Assembly (NCBI RefSeq): GCF_003231495.1
Contig: NZ_PQWO01000007.1
Location: 60,001-92,000, forward strand
Length of the DNA stretch: 32,000 nt
Direction: 5' to 3'
Origin: Acaryochloris thomasi RCC1774
GTDB taxonomy: Bacteria; Cyanobacteriota; Cyanobacteriia; Thermosynechococcales; Thermosynechococcaceae
A program made the translations under genes and the position numbers. Position 1 is the first letter of the stretch; each line of letters begins with the position of its first letter. The notes beneath the pieces are model-generated. The model had not been told where the DNA came from and did no database searches. It saw only the letters and a program-made list of their open reading frames with translations. Positions 1 through 8,600 of the stretch are shown here, piece after piece.

Positions 1-1
1 G

Positions 2-703
2 ATCTACATGGGGCAGGGCTGGCAAATGGGCATTCTGCTCTGGTTGATGGGGATTCCCAAGCGCATTGCCTACGATGGTTCTGGAGGTTTCTTCTATACC
101 GATACTGTGCCCCTGAAGACTAAGCAGTATATGGCTTATCAATATCATGATCTGCTGCACGGCATGGGAATCACGAGCGCCTGTCCCGAAATCGCCATTA
201 GTATTCCAAGCTCTGATCGCCAATGGGCAGAATCTGAACAGCAGCGCTTGGGCCTTTCGCCTGAGCAGGGATATGTCATCGTTCATGGCGATATTTACCC
301 CCGCTTAAACCCGCTCGATCGCTACCCTATTGACGGGTGGCAGTCGATTGTTCTGGGGTTGCAGGAGCGCCAGCCTGACCTGCCGATTGTCTTGATTGAT
401 GATCCGAAGGTTCCCGACTGGTCAAGGACGTTGATGAATAAAAGCACTGCTCTCAAGCTCAGTTCACCGACAGGCATTGGCAAGCTGGCCGCGCTGATTG
501 ATGGTGCCCAGATGCTCATTTGCCCTGAGAGTGCTCCGATGCATTTGGCTGTGTCCCTTCATACGCAGGTTGTGGCTCTATTTGGGTCTCGTAACCCTGG
601 GCAGCAGCTCCCTGACAGTGATTTAGCTGTAGGTCTAAAATCTAATACCGGCAACATCAGCGATATTTCGCCGATTCAGGTGCTGGAGAAAACGAAACTC
701 TAG
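2..703 (+). CDS. Glycosyltransferase family 9 (heptosyltransferase-like) protein, 5'-truncated by the window edge
   Basis: The frame is open to position 2. The C-terminal half reads like GT9: GIPKRIAY..., VIVHGD, and the donor-binding segment GKLAALIDGAQMLICPESAPMHLAVSLHTQVVALFG. About 80 N-terminal residues expected for the family are missing. Confidence 0.7.
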   Translation: MYMGQGWQMGILLWLMGIPKRIAYDGSGGFFYTDTVPLKTKQYMAYQYHDLLHGMGITSACPEIAISIPSSDRQWAESEQQRLGLSPEQGYVIVHGDIYPRLNPLDRYPIDGWQSIVLGLQERQPDLPIVLIDDPKVPDWSRTLMNKSTALKLSSPTGIGKLAALIDGAQMLICPESAPMHLAVSLHTQVVALFGSRNPGQQLPDSDLAVGLKSNTGNISDISPIQVLEKTKL

Positions 704-805
704 GGGCTATTAGGGGCGAGTGACGACGGGGCACTGGGGTTTGTCTGGTGTGACTCTCAGCGGACTGGAGGTCCATGATAATCTGAATAAGAGAATAGGC
801 ATCAA

Positions 806-879
806 CGGGATGTAGCGCAGTTTGGTAGCGCACTTCGTTCGGGACGAAGGGGCCGGAGGTTCAAATCCTCTCATCCCGA
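806..879 (+). tRNA. trnP: tRNA-Pro, anticodon CGG, no encoded CCA
   Basis: Hand-folded cloverleaf. Acceptor CGGGATG/CATCCCG. D-stem GCGC/GCGC. Anticodon stem CTTCG/CGAAG with loop TTCGGGA (CGG at 840-842). T-arm GGAGG-TTCAAAT-CCTCT. Discriminator A at 879, followed by TTG. Confidence 0.93.
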
Positions 880-889
880 TTGAGCGTAA

Positions 890-901
890 GGGCGATCGCC
901 C
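890..901. repeat. Extended HIP1 palindrome GGGCGATCGCCC, one example of 21 exact GCGATCGC copies counted by eye in the window
   Basis: Perfect 12-nt palindrome 11 nt after the tRNA, followed by the T-rich CTCCTTTTATT. HIP1 is the highly iterated palindrome typical of many cyanobacterial genomes. It may also act as a tRNA 3' hairpin, which is unproven. Confidence 0.75.
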
Positions 902-1120
902 CCGCTCCTTTTATTCTGACGGTGAATGATGTCTCAGAGCTGGTCATTCAGAGTGTTGAGTCGTATTAAAAGCTCCTAAACCGTCTAGAGCATCTAGAGT
1001 CTATCCAAGGGATACAGAGCTAGAGGAATCTGACCAAGGGGAAGGCCAACCAGCAACAGGGGTACTCACAGCGCTTGGTCTCCAGCTAGCCCCTGAACAC
1101 AATGACTAAGTTGCTAGGTC

Positions 1121-1300
1121 TCATTCTGCTCTCAACTGATCATCCATTACAGGAATTTGGTCTGGTGGAAGAATCACTACTTCGCCGTCACGCCAGACAG
1201 CAATAGATTCGCCTAGTCTTCGGTGTCGATCAAGAGCCTGTGCGATCGCAGCCTTTACACCTTCATTAATTTTGCTGGACAAAAGTTGATAATCACTCAT
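1121..1300 (-). CDS. Small hypothetical protein of 59 aa, below the ORF-track cutoff, possibly antitoxin or regulator-like
   Basis: Hand translation: MSDYQLLSSKINEGVKAAIAQALDRHRRLGESIAVWRDGEVVILPPDQIPVMDDQLRAE. ATG at 1300-1298, TGA at 1123-1121. The stop overlaps (ATGA) a 12-codon remnant ORF at 1086-1124. A diverged paralogue lies at 19740-19905. Divergent from drmD. Confidence 0.5.
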   Translation of the reverse strand: MSDYQLLSSKINEGVKAAIAQALDRHRRLGESIAVWRDGEVVILPPDQIPVMDDQLRAE

Positions 1301-1581
1301 GAGTCTGAGGGCTTATGATTTGATGACAAGTTTCTGAGTCATAAATGGTAGGTGTTAGCTTGATCCCACGCTCAGCTATGAGCTTAAGAGTTGTCTCAGA
1401 GTTATTGTAGATAATCCAACTATCGTGTGTCGGCGAATATAACTGCTTGAGATTCCTGAGTCCTCGCTTGAAAACTATGTCTGCTGAAGCAGTGCTGTCT
1501 TAGTTCATCTGGCGACGGCGATAACTGCAATTTAATATTGGTATATCCTGGGCAGGGTAGATATTTCAGGCTCTTATTTTT

Positions 1582-4500
1582 GTGCGCACCATTTCTATCC
1601 CTGAGCAGGGTCAGCTAGTCGATGTTCGTCAGAGTCGCTTTGTTGTTACAGATATAAAGAAGATGCAACTGCCTGCACTTCTTGCGACGTCTGGCCCACA
1701 GGCATCTCAACATTTAATTACACTGTCTTCGGTTGAGGATGATGCGCTGGGTCAAGAGCTTCAGGTGATTTGGGAGCTGGAGCCTGGGGCTCGTGTGTAT
1801 GAGAAAGCTGAGCTACCAGAGCCGACGGGGTTTGATCGGCCTGAGTGGTTGGACGCATTTTTGGATGCGGTGAGGTGGGGAGCGGCTTCGGTGGCGGATG
1901 TACGAAATGTGCAGTCACCGTTTCGCAGTGGAATAGATATTGAGGATTATCAGCTTGATCCTGTGGTGCGGGCGGTGCAGATGCCTCGGGTGAATTTACT
2001 CATTGCGGATGATGTGGGCTTAGGCAAGACAATTGAAGCGGGGTTAGTGGCCCAAGAGCTGATGCTTCGGCAGCGGGCCAGGCGGATTTTGATTGTTTGT
2101 CCGTCGTCTTTGCAGGTGCAGTGGCAAGAGCAGATGCAAAGTAAGTTTGGGCTCGATTTTCGCATCGTAAATAGTGAGCTGATGAAGGGATTGCGTCGGC
2201 GCAGGGGAATTCACGTGAATCCTTGGGGGCATTTCCCGAGGCTGATTACGTCGGTTGATTTTATAAAGCGAGATCGCCCTCTACGTCTGTTTCGCGAAAT
2301 TCTCCCGGCTGAGGGCGAATCGCTGTATCCCCGACGGTTTGATTTGATGATTGTGGATGAGGCTCATAACGTTGCCCCTTCGGGCAGCGGTAAGTACGCT
2401 ATTGATTCGCAGCGGACGGCGGCAATTCGACTGCTAGAGCCGCATTTTGAACACAAGCTATTTTTGACGGCGACGCCACATAATGGTTATCCCGAGAGCT
2501 TTACGGCGCTGCTAGAGCTGTTGGATGCACAGCGGTTTGCCAGAGGTGTCTCACCGGATCCCAAGCAGCTACAAACCGTGATGATCAGACGGCTGAAGCA
2601 GGAACTGCCGCCGGATGATTTTGGTAAACCCCGTTTTCCTGAACGGACGCTGGAGGCGATCGCAGTCAACTACACGACAGAAGAACGCCAAGCCCACCAG
2701 TGGCTAAAGGTTTATACGGAATTACGGCGGCAGGGCGCAAAGGATAATCTGACGGAGCTGTATGCAACTGAGTTTGTGCTAAAGCTGTTGAAGAAGCGGT
2801 TGTTTTCGTCACCGGAGGCGTTTCGGACGACGCTGTTGCAGCATCAGAAATCTTTGCGAGGAGAGAACTCTGAGAAAAAACGCGTGGCTAAGCCCTCCGC
2901 TGAGATTCTTCGCCGTCAGCTCGAACAGGTGGACGAGGCGTTTGCGGATGATGCTGTGTATGAAGAGGCGACGGATGATGCGATCGCAACTTCCACCCGC
3001 TTATTTCATGCAGTTACCGTTGCTGAACAACAACTGCTGAATCAAATGCAAGATTGGGCAGATCAGGCATCACGGCTGCCTGATGCAAAGGCTCAAGAGC
3101 TGCTGGACTGGATTGCGACCGTTTTACGCCCCGAAGGGAAGTGGGGCACAGAGCGGGTGATTATCTTTACAGAATATCGGGCAACCCAGAAATGGCTTTT
3201 TGATCTGTTGGCGAGCGAGGGCTTAGCCAGCGAGGAGAAACTGATGACCCTGTATGGCGGCATGGACTCCAAAGATCGAGAAAAAGTGAAGGCGGCATTT
3301 CAGGCAAACCCGGCGATTTCACCGGTGCGGATTTTGCTGGCGACGGACGCGGCCAGTGAAGGGCTTGATTTGCAGAATCACTGTTCGCGACTGATTCATT
3401 ATGAAATTCCGTGGAATCCGAATCGGATGGAGCAGCGTAATGGTCGGATCGACCGGCACGGGCAGCGAGCCTCGGCGGTGCAGATTTATCACTTTGTAGG
3501 GAGGGGGTTTGAGCAGGTGGCCCTACAGGCGACTCCGGGCAGCAAGCCGGGAGAACTAGAGGGCGATCTGGAGTTTTTGATGCGGGCCGCGCTCAAGGTG
3601 GATACCATCCGTGAGGATTTGGGCAAGGTGGGGCCGGTAATTGCAAGTCAGGTAGAAGAGGCGATGCTGGGGCGGCGGGGTGCTTTGGACACGGCGATAG
3701 CGGAGCAGGAGGCGCAGCCGCTCAGACGACTGATGAAGTTTGAACGGTCGGTACGCGATCGTATTGAACAGCTCAAAGAACAGCTAGGTGAAACGCGTCG
3801 AGACCTACGGCTAACGCCAGAAAATATCACAGCCGTGGTGAAAATTGGGCTAGAGCTGGCAGGGCAGCCGGAGCTGTTGCCGACAGAGGTTCCGGGCTTG
3901 GGCGGTGAGGCTTATCAATTGCCTGCTCTGCAGGGAAGCTGGGCGAATTGCTCGGAGGGGTTAGCGCATCCCCACACCGAAGAGATTCGTCCCATTGTGT
4001 TTGACCCAGATTTGGCGCGGGGGCGCGATGGGGTGGTGCTGGTGCACCTGAATCATCGGTTGGTGCAGATGTGTTTACGACTGCTGCGGGCAGAGGTGTG
4101 GTCGCGCCAAGACAGCAGCAAGCTGTACCGGGTGACGGTGCGGCCGGTACCCACTGCAACGCTTGACCATCCGGTGGTGATTGCCTACGGTCGGCTGGTG
4201 GTGCTCGGTGGCGATCAGCAGCGGTTGCATGAGGAGATTATCACGGCGGGCGGTGAGCTAAAGGAAGGACGATTTAGTCGGTTGAATGTGGGGCAGATCA
4301 AGGCGGCGCTGGACGCGGCTCAGCAAATAAGAGGCCGTGAGGCGGTGCCGGAGCGCATTGAAACAACGCTACAGGAGGCTTGGCCGGGACATCAGGAGGC
4401 TTTGTTGAGATCGCTTCAGGTGCGGATGGACGATCGCACCCAAGGTTTGCAGAAAAAGCTAGCCGAACGCTGCGCAAAGGAAGTGGCGGATATGACGGCA

Positions 4501-4752
4501 GTGCTGACTGAACTGCGCCAGCAGATTATCCGTGAGCTAGATGAACCCGAAGTCGAGCAAATGGAGCTGTTTAGCAGTGTAGAAAAGGACCAGCTTGAGC
4601 GAAACTTGAGCAGTTTGCGGCTGCGAATAGAACAGATTCCGCAGGAGATAGAGCAAGAAGCAGACATTATTAAAGCGCGATTTGCCCAGCCCACGCCAAG
4701 GCTGTTTCCGCTGGCGGTAGCCTATTTGGTGCCTCAGAAGTTAATTAAGTGA
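1582..4752 (+). CDS. drmD: DISARM class 1 DrmD, SNF2-family helicase/ATPase
   Basis: 1056-aa ORF with a GTG start. SNF2 motifs are visible: DDVGLGKT (I), LMIVDEAHNV (II), LFLTATPHNG (III), ILLATDAASEGLDLQ (V), QRNGRIDRHGQ (VI). Sits in a locus with drmMI, drmA, drmB and drmC. Confidence 0.85.
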   Translation: MRTISIPEQGQLVDVRQSRFVVTDIKKMQLPALLATSGPQASQHLITLSSVEDDALGQELQVIWELEPGARVYEKAELPEPTGFDRPEWLDAFLDAVRWGAASVADVRNVQSPFRSGIDIEDYQLDPVVRAVQMPRVNLLIADDVGLGKTIEAGLVAQELMLRQRARRILIVCPSSLQVQWQEQMQSKFGLDFRIVNSELMKGLRRRRGIHVNPWGHFPRLITSVDFIKRDRPLRLFREILPAEGESLYPRRFDLMIVDEAHNVAPSGSGKYAIDSQRTAAIRLLEPHFEHKLFLTATPHNGYPESFTALLELLDAQRFARGVSPDPKQLQTVMIRRLKQELPPDDFGKPRFPERTLEAIAVNYTTEERQAHQWLKVYTELRRQGAKDNLTELYATEFVLKLLKKRLFSSPEAFRTTLLQHQKSLRGENSEKKRVAKPSAEILRRQLEQVDEAFADDAVYEEATDDAIATSTRLFHAVTVAEQQLLNQMQDWADQASRLPDAKAQELLDWIATVLRPEGKWGTERVIIFTEYRATQKWLFDLLASEGLASEEKLMTLYGGMDSKDREKVKAAFQANPAISPVRILLATDAASEGLDLQNHCSRLIHYEIPWNPNRMEQRNGRIDRHGQRASAVQIYHFVGRGFEQVALQATPGSKPGELEGDLEFLMRAALKVDTIREDLGKVGPVIASQVEEAMLGRRGALDTAIAEQEAQPLRRLMKFERSVRDRIEQLKEQLGETRRDLRLTPENITAVVKIGLELAGQPELLPTEVPGLGGEAYQLPALQGSWANCSEGLAHPHTEEIRPIVFDPDLARGRDGVVLVHLNHRLVQMCLRLLRAEVWSRQDSSKLYRVTVRPVPTATLDHPVVIAYGRLVVLGGDQQRLHEEIITAGGELKEGRFSRLNVGQIKAALDAAQQIRGREAVPERIETTLQEAWPGHQEALLRSLQVRMDDRTQGLQKKLAERCAKEVADMTAVLTELRQQIIRELDEPEVEQMELFSSVEKDQLERNLSSLRLRIEQIPQEIEQEADIIKARFAQPTPRLFPLAVAYLVPQKLIK

Positions 4753-4818
4753 GTCTCAATGAGGGCTATATAGAGCATTTTTTAATACCTGCTCTCTACT
4801 TTGATTACACCTGTCTAC

Positions 4819-5142
4819 TTACTGATTTTGCTGAAGCATTGATTGAAAGCGAGCAATAGTGTCTGCGCTGAGCTGTGCCTGTAACGGGACAGCTTCACGC
4901 TCCGATAAGATTTTGGTGGCTTCTGCTTCAGAGTATGGCTCTGACGACTGGATCCACTGCTTTAGGTTCGCTTCTTGCTGGTCGATGGCTGACTTGGAAA
5001 GAACCTGTACTGTATAGGATGAGCCAACCTGCCGAGTCAGTGAATAGACAATGTACTGATTGAGAGAAATGCCCTCACTTTCGGCTAACCGTGACAGTTG
5101 TTCATGAAGGGTTTCTGGTAATCGTAGGGTCAATCGACTCAT
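4819..5142 (-). CDS. Ribbon-helix-helix antitoxin (HicB/Arc-CopG-like DNA-binding N-terminus)
   Basis: The N-terminus MSRLTLRLPETLHEQLSRLAESEGISLNQYIVYSL is a typical RHH beta-alpha-alpha. Its ATG overlaps the stop of the upstream PIN ORF (ATGA at 5139-5142). Confidence 0.75.
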   Translation of the reverse strand: MSRLTLRLPETLHEQLSRLAESEGISLNQYIVYSLTRQVGSSYTVQVLSKSAIDQQEANLKQWIQSSEPYSEAEATKILSEREAVPLQAQLSADTIARFQSMLQQNQ

Positions 5143-5552
5143 GACGGGTCTCCTTGCGAAAGTAATACGATAATTAGCTGCTCTGGTGTGATTGCCTTGA
5201 GTCCTAACGACTTCTGCGCGTTTCTAAAATCTCGGATATTGGAGGTAATCAGAGTGGCCCCGGCATTCATCGCACAGTCAATTACCAGGTCGTCGCCAGC
5301 ATCCGGTGAACTGGGTCGCCATGAAAAGTAAAGGGTAGTGAACTGAGCTTTCGCAACGAGTGTTGCTAGCAAGGGTTTTAGCCGCCGCCATCGAACCGCT
5401 AAGAGCTTTCGCGACAGCACATCTTCGTACTCATACACTAGGGCTGTAGAAATATGCACCGGTAAGAAGCCAGCATTCCAAGCATCGATAATATAGCACC
5501 GCCTACAGTGTCGCTAGTCCGTTATGTTCTAATCATCGCCAACATCAAACAC
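5139..5552 (-). pseudogene. PIN-domain toxin (VapC/TIGR00305-like), with a 5' region disrupted by two in-frame TAG stops
   Basis: The intact ORF 5139-5459 (GTG start) encodes only the C-terminal two thirds of a PIN domain (...YEYEDVLSR..., DDLVIDCAMNAGATLITSNIRDF). In the same frame upstream I read VFDVGDD-TAG(5529-5531)-NITD-TAG(5514-5516)-RHCRRCYIIDAWNAGFLP. This resembles the missing N-terminal strand and helix. Confidence 0.55.
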
Positions 5553-5661
5553 CCTAAAAGTTTCCAGTTTTGCGACGCAGAAACTGGAATGATTGAATCA
5601 CTGCCAAAGGTGGAAAATTCGCCTATCCTGTGGGTTGTTTAGCTGTTTTCAAGACTTACCT

Positions 5662-8600
5662 ATGTCTACTGCTCGTCATCACGCTGAATGGTTATCGCTG
5701 GTTGAGGCTTCGGGGCCGTTTGTGAGTATGCCGGTGCTGCTGAAGGCGTTTCCGCAGGGGCTGGATGCCCACGACCCAGAGGTGATGCGGCAGGTGCGGT
5801 TAGCCCACAGCGAATGGCAAGCCAGTCAGCAGGGGACTGCGCCGGATCGGGGCATTCATGGGGCGTGGGTGGCGTTTGTGCTGCAGGAGGTGTTGGGCTT
5901 TCCGGAGAGTGTGCTGCTGAATGGGCAGGCGGTGCCGTCGGCCCTGGCGGTGACGGTGGCGGAGCAGGGGGAGACGCTGCGGCCTGATTGGGGGGTGGTG
6001 CAGGAAAATAATACGCGGCTGCTGGTGCAGGTATATCCGCCGGGGCAGGATTTGAATAAGGCCGTCAAAGGATCGCGGTGGGCAGCGAGTGCGGCGACGC
6101 GGATGATGGAGCTGCTGCACGGTACGGATGTGCGGCTGGGTCTGGTGACCAATGGGGAGCACTGGCTGCTGGTGAATGCACCGAAGGGAGAAGCGACGGG
6201 CTATATCTCTTGGTACGCGACGCTGTGGCAGGAGGAGAAGCTGACGCTGCGGGCGTTTCGGTCTTTGCTGGGGGTGGAGCGATTTTTTGGGGTTGACGAA
6301 TCGGAGACGATTGAGGCGCTGTTAGCTGAGAGCATCAACTCTCAGCAGGAGGTGACCGACCAGCTCGGCTTTCAGGTGCGCTCTGCGGTGGAAGTGCTGG
6401 TGCAGTCGATTGACCGGGCCGATCAAGATCGGAATCGGGCGCTGCTGGCTGGGTTGCCGGAGACGACGCTCTATGAGGCGGCGCTAACGGTGATGATGCG
6501 GCTGGTGTTTTTGTTTTCGGCGGAGGAGCGGGGGCTGCTGCTCTTGGGCGATCCGGTGTATGACCAGTTTTATGCGGTGAGTACGCTGCGAGAGATGCTG
6601 CGGGAGCAGGCAGATCAGAGCGGGGAGGAGATTTTAGAGCGTAGGTATGATGCATGGTGTCGGCTGCTGGCGATTTTTAGAGCGGTGTATGGCGGCATTG
6701 GGCATGAGGCGCTGCGGCTGCCTGCCTATGGTGGGACGCTGTTTGACCCGGACCGGTTTGCGTTTTTAGAGGGGCGGGCGGCGGGCAGCCGCTGGCAGCG
6801 GGTCGAGGCGAGGCCGATTGAGATCAACAATAGAACGGTGCTGCACTTGCTAGAGGCGCTGCAGTTGCTAGAGGTGCAGATGCCGGGGGGCGGGGGCAAG
6901 GTGTCTCGTAAAATCTCTTTCCGGGCATTGGATATTGAGCAGATTGGGCACGTGTATGAGGGGTTGCTAGACCATACGGCGGTGCGGGCAACAGAGCCGA
7001 TTTTAGGATTGGTGGGGACGAAGAATAGGGAGCCGGAGGTGGCGCTGGGGGCCTTCGACGCCGCTCAGACCTCGGGTGAGCTGCTGAAGTTGCTGAAAAA
7101 GGAGACGGGGCGGAGCGAGTCTGCTTTGCAGAAGGGGTTGGGGGCAGCGGCAGGCGGGACGGCTATCTCACAGGAGTGGAGTGCGTATGAGTTGAGTCGG
7201 CTGCGGGTGGCTTGCGGAAATGATGAGGCGCTGTATGCGCGGGTGCTACCGTTTGCGGGGCTGTTGCGGCTGGATACGTTTGGCTACCCGGTGGTGATTG
7301 CGGGGGGGAGCGTGTATGTGACGCAGGGGAGTGACCGGCGCGATACGGGGACGCACTATACGCCGCGTAGTCTGACGGAGGAGATTGTGAAGTATACGCT
7401 GGAGCCGCTGGTGTATGTGGGGGTGGCGGAGGGGAAGCCGAAAGAGAGGTGGAGGCTGCAGAAAGCGTCGGCGCTGCTGAGCCTGAAGGTGTGCGATATG
7501 GCGATGGGGAGCGGGGCGTTTTTGGTAGAGGTATGCCGGTATCTATCAGCGCGGCTGGTGGAGGCTTGGGAAAGCGCAGAGGCGCAAGAGGTAAGAAGGA
7601 CAGGCAGGATGCCTATCTCACAAGAGGGGGTTGGGGAAGAGGGATTGGAGGTTGCTGAAAAGGGGCAAGAAATTAGAGTGTTGCCGGATGGGTCTCTTTC
7701 TGTGGGAGATGCGGCAGAGCGATTGTTGCCTGCTGACCCAGAGGAACGACTGATTATGGCGCGGCGGCTGGTGGTGGATCGGTGCATTTATGGGGTGGAT
7801 AAGAATCCGCTGGCGGTGGAGATGGCGAAGCTGTCGCTGTGGTTAATTACGCTGCAAAAGAATAAGCCGTTTACGTTTTTAGACCATGCGCTTCGGTGTG
7901 GGGATTCGCTGGTGGGGGTGAGTGTAGAGCAGCTCTGCTACTGGAATATGGATACCTATGAGACAATGCCGGAGCTGTTGGCGAGCAGTATTCGGGCGCA
8001 GGTGGAGGAGGTGTCGCAGATGCGGCGGCAGCTAGAGAATATTTCGGTGGAGACGACGGCGGATCAGGCTGAGAAGGAGCGGCGGCTGGGGCTGGCGCAA
8101 ACGCGGGTGAACGGGCTGCTGTTGGGGGCGGATCAGCTTGTGACGAGCTATTTTGTTTCGAGTAAGAAGAGTCGTCAGGATGATGTGCGGCAGATTATGC
8201 TGCGGACGTATCGGGGTGAGGGGGATGTGCCGGAGGCGCTGCGGGGGGTGCTAGAGAAGCATAATGTGCGGCCTTTTCATTGGGAGCTGGAGTTTCCGGA
8301 GGTGTTTGCGGAGGGGGGTGGGTTTGATGCGATCGTGGGGAACCCACCGTTTCAGGGTGGGCAGAAGATTACGGGTGCGTTGGGAACTGTCTATAGAGAC
8401 TTTTTAGTGAGACAGATTGCGGCAGGGGTGAGGGGAAGTGCGGATTTGTGTGCGTACTTTTTCTTGCGGGCAGATGAAGAGCTGCGAGTAGATGGCGGGA
8501 TGGGGTTGATTGCAACAAACACAATTGCACAGGGAGATACGCGGGAGGTGGGGCTAGATCAGCTTGCGGCAAAGGGGCGGGCGATACCTCGGGCGGTGCC

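Noticed and set aside
4772-4795. Inverted repeat AGAGCA-N12-TGCTCT between the convergent drmD and antitoxin genes, considered as a bidirectional terminator
   Set aside because: The stem is only 6 bp with a 12-nt loop, and there is no flanking U-tract on either strand. This is too weak to call.
5593-5661. TTG start for drmMI at 5593, and likewise a TTG start for drmA at 13124
   Set aside because: The extensions (MNHCQRWKIRLSCGLFSCFQDLP and MEFGKDRR) look non-native. ATG codons at 5662 and 13148 give typical N-termini, and the one at 13148 forms an ATGA overlap with the upstream stop.
5800-7787. Several long minus-strand ORFs inside drmMI (5800-6162, 5856-6152, 6335-6655, 7356-7787), plus overlapping short plus-strand ORFs
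   Set aside because: They lie antisense or out of frame within a strongly supported 1383-aa gene. Their products are low-complexity Pro/Arg/Ser/Ala strings, as expected from a GC-rich coding strand. They have no start context and no motifs.
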